Shown one piece after another: positions 31,340-41,566 of a DNA stretch of 64,000 nt. The notes below the pieces were generated by a model. The model was given only the letters and a program-made list of their open reading frames with translations. It was not told the origin of the DNA and ran no database searches. Source of the stretch: Candidatus Limnocylindria bacterium (lineage in GTDB: Bacteria > Chloroflexota > Limnocylindria > QHBO01); contig JBKJYH010000046.1 in assembly GCA_046715765.1 (NCBI GenBank), positions 9 to 64,008 on the forward strand, given 5' to 3'. The position numbers were made by a program, and so were the translations under genes. Numbering within the stretch: position 1 is the stretch's first letter; every line of letters begins with the position of its first letter.

Positions 31340-31878
31340 CCCTGCTCAACGTGGCGGGCCTGCTGCGGGAAGCGCCGGGAGCGACTCGCGAGGTTCCGCT
31401 CCGCGACCGCTACCAGGCCCTGGGCGCCGATCTCGAGCTCGCCGGGCCCCTGGATGGCGCCCTTCGCCTGCACCGCACGAACCGCGGGATCCTGGTCCAA
31501 GGCTGGGTCGAAGCCCCGGTCCGGCGCACCTGCGCCAGGTGCCTGGACGGGTATGTGGAGCCGGTCCGGGTCACGTTCGCCGAGGAGTACCTTCCCAGCG
31601 TGGACCCCAACACCGGGCATCCGGCACCGGTTTCCTCGACCGACGCAGAGGTCCAACGCATCGACGCCCACCACCAGATTGACCTGACTGTCACCCTGCA
31701 CGACGAGTTCGCGCTGGCAGAGCCGATGCACCCGCTTTGCCGTCCTGCGTGCCCCGGATTATGTGCAGCCTGCGGGCGCCGGCTCGATGTCGGGCAATGC
31801 AACTGTGTCACGGCGGAGGTGGATCCGCGGCTGGCGGTCCTCGGGCGGCTGCTGGACGCAGGCAGGGTCAGCGACTGA
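31336..31878 (+). CDS. yceD: DUF177 / YceD-family protein (23S rRNA accumulation protein)
   Basis: C-terminal CxxC...CxxC pair (CRPACPGLCAACG); conserved position upstream of rpmF; ATGA overlap. Confidence 0.8.
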   Translation: MTLLNVAGLLREAPGATREVPLRDRYQALGADLELAGPLDGALRLHRTNRGILVQGWVEAPVRRTCARCLDGYVEPVRVTFAEEYLPSVDPNTGHPAPVSSTDAEVQRIDAHHQIDLTVTLHDEFALAEPMHPLCRPACPGLCAACGRRLDVGQCNCVTAEVDPRLAVLGRLLDAGRVSD

Positions 31879-31947
31879 CGCCCTGCTGGGCGGTCGCTAT
31901 ACTGCGGCCACCCGTCCCCGATCCAGTCCGTACTCGGAGAGTCCCAC

Positions 31948-32151
31948 GTGGGCGTCCCCAAGCGCAAGGTTTCCAAGGCTCGTCAGGGCGAGCGCCGTGC
32001 CCACCTGGCCATCAGCGCTCCACCATTGGTGGAGTGCTCGCATTGTCACGAGCTCAAGCTCGGACACCGCGTTTGTCCGACCTGCGGCTACTACGACGGC
32101 CGCGAGGTGGTCACCATCGAGACCCGCGCGCCCGGCGAGAGCCAGCGCTGA
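31948..32151 (+). CDS. rpmF: 50S ribosomal protein L32
   Basis: MGVPKRKVSKAR..C..C..C..C zinc ribbon. Confidence 0.9.
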   Translation: MGVPKRKVSKARQGERRAHLAISAPPLVECSHCHELKLGHRVCPTCGYYDGREVVTIETRAPGESQR

Positions 32152-32166
32152 GAATCGACGTCGCGC

Positions 32167-33240
32167 ATGCGCATCGCGGTTGACGCGATGGGCGGCGATT
32201 TCGCCCCGCGCGAAGTTGTCCGCGGGGCGATTACCTACGCCGCCTCGCACGCCGATGAGGTGATCCTGGTCGGCGACGTGCCGCGGATCGAGGCCGAGAT
32301 CGATGCCTTTGGGCAAGGTCGTCCTGCGAGCGTCCGGTTCGTGGATGCGCCGCAGGTGATCGAGATGGGAGAGCACCCCGCCGCCGCGCTGCGCACCAAG
32401 CGTCGAGCCTCGGTCCTGGTCGCGACGAACCTCGTCCGAGATGGGGATGCCGACGCGGTGGTGAGCGCCGGGTCAACCGGCGCTGCGATGGCCGCCGCAG
32501 TGTTCCGGTTGGGACGGATCGATGGGATCGACCGCCCCGCGCTGGCAGCGCACGTGGTTACCGCAACGGGACCGATCATGCTGCTCGACGTCGGCGCCAA
32601 CGTGGATTCGGATGCCACCAACCTGGTGCATTACGCGGTGATGGGCTCCATCTATGCCGAACATGTCCTCGGCGTGAACCGACCGAGGATCGGCCTGCTG
32701 AACATCGGGGAGGAGCCGACCAAGGGCAGCGCCGCGGTGCGGGAGGCGCATCAACGACTGAGCGAGGTGGGACTCCACTTCGTTGGCAACGTGGAAGGCA
32801 ACGACCTGATCGCCCACGCAGCGGACGTGGTGGTGTGTGACGGGTTCGTCGGCAACGTGGTGGTCAAACTCTACGAGGGACTGACCGGCTACATCTTCCG
32901 AGCGCTGCGCACGGATCTTCAGGAGGGTCCGTTGGCACCGCTGGCCCTCCTCGCGCTCAAGCCCGGTTTCGATCGGATGAAGCATCGATTCGACCACGAA
33001 CGCTACGGCGGAGCGCCGCTGCTCGGCGTCGCGGGCGTGAGCATCGTGACGCACGGTCGCGCTCGGGCCCGGATGATCGAGCATGCGGTGCGGGTCGCCT
33101 CGGAAGCCGCGGCGGCCGGAGTCCCGCGGTTGATCGCCGCCTGGACTCGTGACCACCCGGTCATGGCACGCGCGGACCGCACCGCGCCCGGCGCGCCGGG
33201 GACCGTCGAAGTGGCGACTAGGCCCGGAGGCGCGACCTGA
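32167..33240 (+). CDS. plsX: phosphate acyltransferase PlsX
   Basis: MRIAVDAMGGD..; typical PlsX length and motifs. Confidence 0.9.
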   Translation: MRIAVDAMGGDFAPREVVRGAITYAASHADEVILVGDVPRIEAEIDAFGQGRPASVRFVDAPQVIEMGEHPAAALRTKRRASVLVATNLVRDGDADAVVSAGSTGAAMAAAVFRLGRIDGIDRPALAAHVVTATGPIMLLDVGANVDSDATNLVHYAVMGSIYAEHVLGVNRPRIGLLNIGEEPTKGSAAVREAHQRLSEVGLHFVGNVEGNDLIAHAADVVVCDGFVGNVVVKLYEGLTGYIFRALRTDLQEGPLAPLALLALKPGFDRMKHRFDHERYGGAPLLGVAGVSIVTHGRARARMIEHAVRVASEAAAAGVPRLIAAWTRDHPVMARADRTAPGAPGTVEVATRPGGAT

Positions 33241-33242
33241 CC

Positions 33243-33689
33243 GTGGCACGGGGCCGTACCGGCCACCGAGCCGACCCTGGCCTGCAGGCCCGCAGGTTGG
33301 CGCTGCTCGCCCTGTTTGAAGAAGAGTTCCAGCCGCGGGGCGCGAACGTTGCCCTGCAGCGCCTTGCCGACGATCGAGGAGCCAGCGCGTCCGTCCGCGA
33401 GCACGCAACCAACATCATCGAAGGCGTAGCGGCCAAGCGAGCCGAACTGGACGCACGAATCGCCGAGTTGGCCCCCGCCATCCCTGTGTCAGAGCTGGGC
33501 AAGGTGGAGCGTACGATCCTGCGGAGCGCGCTGTGGGAGGTGCTATACTCCGCCGCGACCTCGAGCGGGGAGACGATCCGCGACGCCGTGTCCCTCGCCC
33601 GAACCTACGCCGGGGACGCCGCGCGCCGACTGGTCAACGGCGTCCTGGGGAGCGTTTCCAGATCATCGGGTGGAGGAGTCTCAAGGTGA
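33243..33689 (+). CDS. nusB: NusB-family transcription antitermination protein
   Basis: [10 protein letters not shown]..; [13 protein letters not shown]..; [27 protein letters not shown]. Matches the NusB fold. Confidence 0.7.
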   Translation: MARGRTGHRADPGLQARRLALLALFEEEFQPRGANVALQRLADDRGASASVREHATNIIEGVAAKRAELDARIAELAPAIPVSELGKVERTILRSALWEVLYSAATSSGETIRDAVSLARTYAGDAARRLVNGVLGSVSRSSGGGVSR

Positions 33690-33928
33690 GCGACGCAACC
33701 ACGTTCGACCGACTCAAGAAGATCATCGTTGAGCAGCTCGGCGTTGACGAAGAGGAGGTCACCCTGCAGGCCTCATTCGTCGAGGACCTGAATGCCGACT
33801 CGTTGGATCTGGTTGAGTTGATCATGACCCTCGAAGAGAAGTTCGGGATGACGATCTCTGACGAGGACGCCGAGAAGATCCAGAAAGTCTCCGACGCGGT
33901 CGAATACCTCGAGGAGCACCAGCAGTAG
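33686..33928 (+). CDS. acpP: acyl carrier protein
   Basis: DSLD phosphopantetheine site ([11 protein letters not shown]). GTG start with GGAGGAG RBS; GTGA overlap with nusB. Confidence 0.9.
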   Translation: MSDATTFDRLKKIIVEQLGVDEEEVTLQASFVEDLNADSLDLVELIMTLEEKFGMTISDEDAEKIQKVSDAVEYLEEHQQ

Positions 33929-33940
33929 GCTGGGGCCTGG

Positions 33941-34681
33941 ATGCCCGGCCCATCGCTCGAAGCGCTGGCGGCCCGCCTCGGAATCGCGCTGCGCGACCCC
34001 GACGCGGTCCAGTCGGCGTTCGTCCACAGTTCCTATTTCAACGAGAACCCGACCCTCGTCGCGGGACACAACGAGCGCCTGGAGTTCCTGGGCGACGCCG
34101 TGATCGGCCTGGTTGTCAGCGGCGTACTGTTCGAACGGTTTCCCGACGAGGACGAGGGATTCCTGACCGCCCGCCGCGCCGCGCTCGTCAATCGCGAATC
34201 GCTGGCTGCCATGGCGCTCGAGCTTGGTCTCGATCAGATGCTTCTCCTGGGACGCGGCGAGGCTGAAGGTGGCGGGGCCGCGCGACCCTCACTCCTTGCC
34301 GCAACCTTCGAAGCGCTCGCCGGCGCGGTCTATGCCAGCGATGGGCTCGAGACGGCTCGCTATTGGCTGGCGGCCGCGTTCCAGGAGCGACTCGGTCTGT
34401 CGGATGGGAATGCTCCGCCCAAGTCCGGCAAGAGCCGACTCCAGGAATGGGCACAGCGCAACCATCGGATCCGCCCGCGATACGAACTGGTGGAAGTCAG
34501 TGGGCCGGCTCACCGTCAGACGTTCCGGGTGGCGGCCTTCGTAAACGGTCGGTCCCTGGGAACGGGGGAGGGCTCGAGCCGACAGCGCGCCGAGGAGCGA
34601 GCTGCCCAGGCCGCCCTCGCCGGCTTGCAGCCCGTCGGTAGCCGAACGGACACTCCGCGAAAAAATCCCGCCGGAGCGTGA
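33941..34681 (+). CDS. rnc: ribonuclease III
   Basis: ERLEFLGDAV catalytic signature plus C-terminal dsRBD. Confidence 0.9.
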   Translation: MPGPSLEALAARLGIALRDPDAVQSAFVHSSYFNENPTLVAGHNERLEFLGDAVIGLVVSGVLFERFPDEDEGFLTARRAALVNRESLAAMALELGLDQMLLLGRGEAEGGGAARPSLLAATFEALAGAVYASDGLETARYWLAAAFQERLGLSDGNAPPKSGKSRLQEWAQRNHRIRPRYELVEVSGPAHRQTFRVAAFVNGRSLGTGEGSSRQRAEERAAQAALAGLQPVGSRTDTPRKNPAGA

Positions 34682-37600
34682 CGCGCATCAAGGAGCTGCG
34701 GCTCCACGGCTTCAAGACCTTCGCCGACGCGACGAGATTCGTCTTCGGGGCAGGCGTCAACGCGGTGATCGGCCCGAACGGCTCGGGCAAGAGCAACATG
34801 GCCGATGCCGTGCGCTGGGTACTCGGCGAGCAGTCCAATCGGTCGCTCCGTACCCGACGTGGCGATGACGTGATCTTCGGCGGAAGCGACCAGCGGCGGG
34901 CGCAGGGCCTGGCCGAGGTTGTCCTGACCCTCGACAACGCCGACGGGTGGCTCCCGATCGAGTACGCCGAAGTCTCGATCGCCCGTCGCGCATTTCGCAC
35001 GGGCGAGAGTGAGTACCTGATCAACGGCTCCCGGGCGCGTCTTCGCGACGTAGTCGACCTGCTGGGTGGGGGGCGACTAGGTGCCAACGAGCTGGTAGTC
35101 GTGGGCCAGGGAACCGTGGATGCCGCGCTGTCACTCCGGCCCGATGAGCGCCGCCAACTGTTCGAGGAGGCCGCCGGCGTCAAGAACCTCCAAGTGCGAA
35201 AGAACGAAGCGCTCTCGCGGCTCGACGGCGCCCGCGACAATCTGGCCCGGGTCAACGACCTCGTTGTCGAACTGCGCCCGCAGGTCCGCAGGCTGGCTCT
35301 GCAGGCTGCGCACCAACAGGAACACGCGGAGTTGGCGGAGCGCGCCGGCTGGCTTGCAGACGAGGGACACCGGCGCGCTGAGGCCATCGGCCGCGACGCG
35401 GTGGGACGCGCCAGGCGACGCGCGGCTGCCGCTGAAGCCGAGCTCGAGGCGAACAGGGCAATCGCCCACGCCGGGCGAGCGGCAGTGGAGGCATCCGCAG
35501 CTCGCCACGCCGAGTTGGAGCGAGCCGAGCGTGCGGCCGCCGAGGCGCGCGAGGCATCCCGGGAGCGGCTGATCCGGACCGAGAGCCAGCTCGAGTCGAT
35601 CGACGCGCGAGCGGCGGCACTCGGCGCGGAGCTCGACCTGGCCGAGCGTGAGCGTGAATCCGTGGCGGTCGCATTGGCGGCACTGGTCGAGCTCGAGGGC
35701 CCCGACGGTCAATTGCCGCAGCTGGCCGAAGCAGCACAGGCCGCGGACAAGCGGTTGACGCTCGCGACCGAGCGCCTGACCGAGCGCGATATGACCCTCG
35801 ACGCGATCGACGATGCGATGGCTGACGCCAGGCGCCGTTACGCGGAGCGGCTTGCCGATCTGGCGCGCCAAGGGGAGCAAGATGCTCGGCTGACCGCGCG
35901 CCGGGAGCGGATCACCGACGATTTGGGGTTGGCACGCCATGAGCACCAGCGAACCGGGTCGCAGCTGGCTGCGGCAACCCGCGCGGCGACCAACGCGGCC
36001 GCTGCGGTCGCCACCGCTCGCGAGGAACGGGCGATCGCCGAAGGTAGCCTGGCCGAGGCTCGAACCGCCGCGGACGGCACCCGCCTGGCCGCCAGGACGC
36101 TAGCCGAGCGAGTAGGTTCGCTGCGGGCGGAACTTCAGGCGATCCACGACGGCCCTGAGCACGGGGGTGGGCTCGGACGCCTGCTGGTGACTGCCGGCTG
36201 GCGGCCGCTCCTCGACCAGTTGGAGATACCCGCCTCTGGCTGGGCGGCGAGCGAGGCGGTGATCGGCGGCGACGTCGAGGAGGCCCTGCTCTGGGCAGAG
36301 GGAGTGTTCGCCGATCGCCTGACGTTCGCTCGCGGCTCGGCACGTCTCCTCGTGATGGAGACCGCGACGCCCCATTCGCCCGAGGGGGACGCCAGGCATC
36401 AGGCCCTCGCCGCCGTCGGAGCCAGCCAGACGCTGGCCGAATGGCTGGAGTTGGTCCGCGCGCCGCTCGCGTTCCACCACGCGGCGCTTGCCCCCGACGT
36501 GGACGCGCTGTTGCGCGGCTGGCGCGCACTACCAGCGGGCTGGTGCGGCGTGACTGCCGAGGGAGATCTGGCCGACGGACGTGGTGTCTTTACCCTGCGC
36601 GGACGCGGCGACACGCCCACTCCACGGTCGACCCGGCGTCAGGCGCGCCGTCGTGAGCTGAGCGACCTTGTCGGTCAACTCGAATCCGAGCTCGATGCGG
36701 CGGGTGACCTCGCGGGGCGCGCCCTGGCCCGCGCTGGCGAGGCCCAGCAGTCGTTCGAGACGGCCGTGGATCGCGAGGCGAAGTCTCAGCAGCAGGAGGC
36801 CACCACCCGAGCGGCACGAAGTGCCTCGCTGGACGCTCAACGGCGACTGGCTGACAGGATCGGCCAACTCGCTGCAGAACTCGACCGGCTCGAGGCGGGC
36901 GTCGAAGAGCCGCGAATGGTACCGACCTTGGAGGACGAGCTGGCCCGCCTGGAGGGGGAGGTGACGGTGGCGCGCGCCCGCCGGGTGGAGGCTGCTTCCG
37001 AGCGCGAGGCGGCGCGCCGCGCATGGATCGAAGCGCGCGACGCACTGGAATCGGCCGAGCGGCAGCGCCCGCGGGCAGATGAGCAATTGCGACGACAGGC
37101 GCAGCTTGATGCAGTGGATCGGACGTTGGCCACCCGAGCCGCCGAGTTCACCGCGTTGCAGGACCAGGCCTCGACGGCTCGAGGCGCACTGGCCAAGGCG
37201 ACCGAAGTGGATGAGGCGGCCGGCCAGCGTCGGGCCGCCGCCGAGCGAGACCGCGGGCAGGCCCGGACCGAGCTCTTGGCAGCCGAGCGGGCGGCGCTTG
37301 AGCACGTTGCGCGGGTGGCAGAAATGGAGCGGATGGTGCAGGTGACCGTCGCCGAGGTTTCGCGGACGCAGGAGACGCTGGCGACCATGGCCCGCGAGCG
37401 CCAGGCCGCGCTCGACTCGGGCACGGAGGAGGCTCCTGCCATGGCCGCGCGCGGCGCTCCCCCGGCTGAAGTGGCCGACCTCGACTCAGCGGCGCTGGAA
37501 CAGGAACTGCGGCGGGTGCGGCGCACGTTGGCGCTACTCGGGTCGGTGAATCCGTTCGCGATCGACGAGCATCGCGAATTGGCGGCCCGACTGGACGGGC

Positions 37601-38160
37601 TGACCGGCCAAGAGACCGATCTGCACGGCGCGATCGAATCCACGGGCGAGCTGATCCGGCGCCTCGAGACCGACATCGCGTCGCGGTTTGACGCCGCGTT
37701 CGCCGCGATCGGCACGAAGTTCGACGAGTATTGCCGCCTGCTGTTCAACGGCGGGTCGGCCTCGTTGTCGCTGGGCGAGGGCGCCGAGGGCGATGCGCCG
37801 GGCGGGATTGAGATCGCAGTGCGGCCACCCGGCAAGCGCCTCCAGCGGCTGTCGATGCTGTCGGGAGGCGAGCGAGCCCTGACCGGCGTGGCGCTCCTGT
37901 TCGCGATGCTCGACGTAAGCCCTGTCCCGTTCTGCATCCTCGACGAAGTGGATGCCGCCCTTGACGAAGCCAACATCGGCCGGTTTGCGGCCGCTCTGCG
38001 CCAACTCAGCGACAAGATCGACTTCGTGGTGATCACGCACAATCGAGCCACGATCGAGGTTGCCGACACGATCTACGGAGTGACCATGACCGATGCAGCC
38101 GTCAGCAAGGTGGTCAGCCTGCGGCTGGCCGACCTGCCGGCGGAAGTGATGGTCGGATGA
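34678..38160 (+). CDS. smc: chromosome segregation protein SMC
   Basis: N-terminal Walker A (GPNGSGKSN), long coiled coils, hinge, C-terminal LSGGE signature and Walker B. Confidence 0.9.
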   Translation: MTRIKELRLHGFKTFADATRFVFGAGVNAVIGPNGSGKSNMADAVRWVLGEQSNRSLRTRRGDDVIFGGSDQRRAQGLAEVVLTLDNADGWLPIEYAEVSIARRAFRTGESEYLINGSRARLRDVVDLLGGGRLGANELVVVGQGTVDAALSLRPDERRQLFEEAAGVKNLQVRKNEALSRLDGARDNLARVNDLVVELRPQVRRLALQAAHQQEHAELAERAGWLADEGHRRAEAIGRDAVGRARRRAAAAEAELEANRAIAHAGRAAVEASAARHAELERAERAAAEAREASRERLIRTESQLESIDARAAALGAELDLAERERESVAVALAALVELEGPDGQLPQLAEAAQAADKRLTLATERLTERDMTLDAIDDAMADARRRYAERLADLARQGEQDARLTARRERITDDLGLARHEHQRTGSQLAAATRAATNAAAAVATAREERAIAEGSLAEARTAADGTRLAARTLAERVGSLRAELQAIHDGPEHGGGLGRLLVTAGWRPLLDQLEIPASGWAASEAVIGGDVEEALLWAEGVFADRLTFARGSARLLVMETATPHSPEGDARHQALAAVGASQTLAEWLELVRAPLAFHHAALAPDVDALLRGWRALPAGWCGVTAEGDLADGRGVFTLRGRGDTPTPRSTRRQARRRELSDLVGQLESELDAAGDLAGRALARAGEAQQSFETAVDREAKSQQQEATTRAARSASLDAQRRLADRIGQLAAELDRLEAGVEEPRMVPTLEDELARLEGEVTVARARRVEAASEREAARRAWIEARDALESAERQRPRADEQLRRQAQLDAVDRTLATRAAEFTALQDQASTARGALAKATEVDEAAGQRRAAAERDRGQARTELLAAERAALEHVARVAEMERMVQVTVAEVSRTQETLATMARERQAALDSGTEEAPAMAARGAPPAEVADLDSAALEQELRRVRRTLALLGSVNPFAIDEHRELAARLDGLTGQETDLHGAIESTGELIRRLETDIASRFDAAFAAIGTKFDEYCRLLFNGGSASLSLGEGAEGDAPGGIEIAVRPPGKRLQRLSMLSGGERALTGVALLFAMLDVSPVPFCILDEVDAALDEANIGRFAAALRQLSDKIDFVVITHNRATIEVADTIYGVTMTDAAVSKVVSLRLADLPAEVMVG

Positions 38161-39041
38161 GTTCGGCCGGCCGCCCGCCCGGGCATGGGCTGGGGGCGCG
38201 CCTGCTGGCCATCTTCGGAGCCGGTGACCTGAGTCAGGCGACATGGGACTCTGCCGGCGAGGCCCTCGTCGGAGCCGACGTCGGCCCAATCCTGGCGGAG
38301 GAGTTGATCGCAGCCGCGCGGGAACGGATGCGCGGCGACCCGCCGAGGGGGGCGCGCGAGACGCTCGCGGCGGTGATCGGCGATCGCCTGGTGGCGGCGG
38401 GCAGCGGCCCGTTCGAACCAGGGCCGGACCCGGTCGTCATCGTGCTGGTTGGCGTGAACGGGAGCGGCAAGACGAGCACCGCGGCCAAGCTTGCCCATCT
38501 GCTCACCGTTCAGGGCCGCCGAGTGGTGCTGGCCGCAGCCGACACGTATCGGGCGGGTGCCGTGGAGCAGCTGCGCATCCTGGGGCAGCACGTAGGCGTG
38601 CCGGTGATCAGCCAGCGACCGGGTGCGGATCCCGGGGCCGTCGCCTTTGATGCGCTGGCGGCGGCGGAGGCGCGGGAGGCGGGAGTCGTGATCGTCGACA
38701 CGGCCGGGCGCCTGCACACGCGGGTCCAATTGATGGCAGAACTCTCGAAGATCAAACGCGTGATCGAGCGTCGGATTGCGGGCCAGCCCCGGCATGTCCT
38801 GCTGGTGCTGGATGCCGTAACCGGGCAAAACGGACTGGCTCAGGCCGAGGCGTTCGCGCGCGAGGCCGGCGTTACCGGGGTGGTGATGACCAAGATGGAC
38901 GGCGCGGCCCGGGGAGGCATTGCGGTGGCGGTGGCCGATCGATTGCGCCTCCCGATCGTGCTCGTCGGGATCGGGGAGGGAGTCGAGCAGATCGCGCCGT
39001 TCGATCCCCGAGCCTACGCCGACTGGTTGGTGAGCCCGTGA
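38157..39041 (+). CDS. ftsY: signal recognition particle receptor FtsY (short form)
   Basis: NG domain: GVNGSGKTSTAAKLA, DTAGR. Confidence 0.9.
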   Translation: MSSAGRPPGHGLGARLLAIFGAGDLSQATWDSAGEALVGADVGPILAEELIAAARERMRGDPPRGARETLAAVIGDRLVAAGSGPFEPGPDPVVIVLVGVNGSGKTSTAAKLAHLLTVQGRRVVLAAADTYRAGAVEQLRILGQHVGVPVISQRPGADPGAVAFDALAAAEAREAGVVIVDTAGRLHTRVQLMAELSKIKRVIERRIAGQPRHVLLVLDAVTGQNGLAQAEAFAREAGVTGVVMTKMDGAARGGIAVAVADRLRLPIVLVGIGEGVEQIAPFDPRAYADWLVSP

Positions 39042-39104
39042 GGCTAGAATGGCCCTCCCTTCGACCTCCTCGCGCAGGATCCCCGTGGTCCGCGCCCTAC
39101 CTGG

Positions 39105-40448
39105 ATGCCCATGTTTGACCACCTCTCGTCCCGACTGCAGGGCGTCGTTACGCGCCTGAGAGGCCGGGCACGGATCACCGAGGCTGACCTTGACGGCGCG
39201 CTGCGCGAGGTCCGGCTCGCGCTGTTGGAAGCCGACGTCAGCTTCCGGGTGGTTCGGGACCTGTTGGCCAATGTTCGGCAGGCCCTGCTGGGCGCCGACT
39301 TGCTGAGCGGCCTGCACCCTGGCCAACAAGTGGTCAAGGCGGTACACGACCAACTGGTTGCGACACTCGGCGGCGAGCAGCGCCAGTTGCGGCCCGAAGG
39401 GCGCCCCGGAGTGGTCCTGCTCGTCGGCCTGCAGGGGTCCGGCAAGACAACGACCGCGGCCAAGCTCGCGGTTCAGATGCGCAAGGACGGTCGCCGACCG
39501 CTGCTGGTTGCCGCCGACGTGTATCGCCCCGCCGCGGTCGACCAGCTCGTGGCGCTGGGTGATCAGGCCGGGGTAGAGGTCCATGCCAGGCCAACCGGCA
39601 CGCCTGCGCTGGAGGTCGCTCGGTCAGGGGTCGACGCGGCGCGCCAGCGCGGCCTCGACCTGGTGCTGATCGACACGGCCGGCCGGCTGCAAGTTGACGA
39701 GCCGATGATGGACGAACTGGTCCGCATCGCGGGGGCCATCGCCCCGTCGGAAACGCTGCTGGTGGTGGACGCAATGACCGGTCAGTCGGCGGTCGAGGTG
39801 GCCGAGGCGTTCCGCGCACGCCTGCCTCTCACCGGCCTGGTGCTCAGCAAGATGGACGGCGACGCGCGCGGCGGCGCGGCCCTCGGGATCCGGGCGGTGA
39901 CCGGGATTCCCATCGTGTACCTCGGCACCGGCGAGCGATCCGATGCCCTCGAGGCATTCCACCCGGATCGGATGGCACAGCGAATCTTGGGGATGGGCGA
40001 CATCCTGACCCTCATTGAACGGGTCCAGGAGCGCGTCGACCGCGACGAGGGCGAGCGTATCGCTCAACGCATGGCCGACGCGCGCTTCAGCCTGGACGAC
40101 TTCCGCGCCCAGCTCCGGCAGATGGAGTCGATCGGGCCGATCGGTCAGATTCTTTCGATGATCCCCGGTGCTGGCGGGATGGCCGAGGCTGCGCAGCAGG
40201 CGGTCGACGAAGGGCAGCTGCGCAGGATCGAGGCAATCATCGACTCCATGACGCCCGCCGAACGGCAGCGGCCGGAGATCATCAAGGCCAGTCGGCGACG
40301 ACGGATTGCCGCTGGCAGTGGGACGACCGCCGCGGACGTCAACCAGTTGCTCAAGCGCTTCGAAGAGATGCGTCGAATGCTCCGACAGCTGAGCAGCGGA
40401 CGCCTTCCGGGGATGGGCGGCGGAGTGCGCGGCATGCTCGGGCGCTGA
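39105..40448 (+). CDS. ffh: signal recognition particle protein Ffh
   Basis: NG domain (GLQGSGKTTTAAKLA, DTAGR) plus Met-rich M domain. Confidence 0.9.
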   Translation: MPMFDHLSSRLQGVVTRLRGRARITEADLDGALREVRLALLEADVSFRVVRDLLANVRQALLGADLLSGLHPGQQVVKAVHDQLVATLGGEQRQLRPEGRPGVVLLVGLQGSGKTTTAAKLAVQMRKDGRRPLLVAADVYRPAAVDQLVALGDQAGVEVHARPTGTPALEVARSGVDAARQRGLDLVLIDTAGRLQVDEPMMDELVRIAGAIAPSETLLVVDAMTGQSAVEVAEAFRARLPLTGLVLSKMDGDARGGAALGIRAVTGIPIVYLGTGERSDALEAFHPDRMAQRILGMGDILTLIERVQERVDRDEGERIAQRMADARFSLDDFRAQLRQMESIGPIGQILSMIPGAGGMAEAAQQAVDEGQLRRIEAIIDSMTPAERQRPEIIKASRRRRIAAGSGTTAADVNQLLKRFEEMRRMLRQLSSGRLPGMGGGVRGMLGR

Positions 40449-40535
40449 TGGCACGCTATCCTCATCCCGACGAACGCACTATCCATCCGGCGCCCCGCAC
40501 TGTGGCGCCGGTGCCCAAACAGAGAGGTACGACCC

Positions 40536-40847
40536 TTGGCAGTACGGATCCGGCTGAGCCGGGTGGGGGCCACCAAGCGCCCGAGTTACCGGGTGGTGGC
40601 CATCGACAGCCGGCGGCCGCGCGACGGCAGGGCGCTGGAGATCCTCGGCTTTTATGACCCGCTGACCGACCCGGCGACCGTGAAGCTCGATGCCGAGCGA
40701 GTGCAGGCCTGGATCGCGAAAGGTGCGCAGCCATCGGAGATGGTCGCGCGGCTCATTCGGCAGGCCGGTACCGCCGCCAGCCCGGTGGTAGAGGAGCCGG
40801 CCAAGCCGGGGCGCCGCACACCCGCCAGAAAGAAGGCCACCGCATGA
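40536..40847 (+). CDS. rpsP: 30S ribosomal protein S16
   Basis: MAVRIRLSRVGATKRPSYRVV.. Confidence 0.9.
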   Translation: MAVRIRLSRVGATKRPSYRVVAIDSRRPRDGRALEILGFYDPLTDPATVKLDAERVQAWIAKGAQPSEMVARLIRQAGTAASPVVEEPAKPGRRTPARKKATA

Positions 40848-41080
40848 AAGAGCTGCTCGAGTACATCGCCCGACGCCTGGTGGATAAGCCTGATGCGGTA
40901 GCGGTGGACGTGAACCTCGAAGACGATGACGTGATCCTGACGCTCAGCGTTGACGAACAGGACATGGGTCGGGTCATCGGTCGGGACGGTCGCGTTGCCA
41001 ACAGCATCCGGAGCCTGCTACGGGTGATGGGTACCCGGTCCGGCCAGCACGTCGAACTGGAGATCACTGGCAACGAGTGA
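40844..41080 (+). CDS. KH-domain RNA-binding protein (YlqC-like)
   Basis: GRVIGRDGRVANSIRSL KH motif; conserved position between rpsP and rimM. Confidence 0.8.
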   Translation: MKELLEYIARRLVDKPDAVAVDVNLEDDDVILTLSVDEQDMGRVIGRDGRVANSIRSLLRVMGTRSGQHVELEITGNE

Positions 41081-41099
41081 GCGACTGACCGTTGCGCGG

Positions 41100-41564
41100 G
41101 TGCTCGGAGCCAGGGGGCTCTCGGGCGGCCTGCGGATCGAGTTGCTGACTGACTGGCCGGAGCGCTTCGCCGCCGGCGGATCGGTCTGGGTCGAGGGCGA
41201 AGGGGAACCCAGGCAGATCGCCGAGATGGAATGGGGCGGCCGCGTCCCGGTCATGCATCTCGTCGGGGTTGATTCCAGGGAAGCAGCCGACGCACTGAGG
41301 GGTTGCTTCCTGGAGGGCCTGGCGCGTCCGCTCGACGACGGTGCGTATTACTGGCACCAGATCATCGGGCTACGGGTGCGCACCATTGCCGGGGAGGAGC
41401 TCGGCTCCGTGACCGAGGTCTTTCGTGCCGGTGGCGCAGAGGTCTACCGGATCGAAGGCGATGCCGGCGAGGTGCTAATCCCGGCGCTCCGATCGGTGGT
41501 GCTCGAGATCGACCTCGCCGCCGGCCGGATGGTGGTTGACTATCAGGTCGAGGAGGTGCGCTGA
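41100..41564 (+). CDS. rimM: ribosome maturation factor RimM
   Basis: RimM N-terminal barrel (VARVLGARGLSGGLRIE) and PRC domain. True start may lie about 15 nt upstream (no ATG/GTG there; possible CTG). Confidence 0.85.
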   Translation: MLGARGLSGGLRIELLTDWPERFAAGGSVWVEGEGEPRQIAEMEWGGRVPVMHLVGVDSREAADALRGCFLEGLARPLDDGAYYWHQIIGLRVRTIAGEELGSVTEVFRAGGAEVYRIEGDAGEVLIPALRSVVLEIDLAAGRMVVDYQVEEVR

Positions 41565-41566
41565 GC

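Noticed and set aside
33243-33689. The plsX-downstream gene as FapR or FabD
   Set aside because: At 148 aa the sequence is far too short for FabD and lacks a FapR HTH/thioesterase pattern. Its conserved segments match the NusB family.
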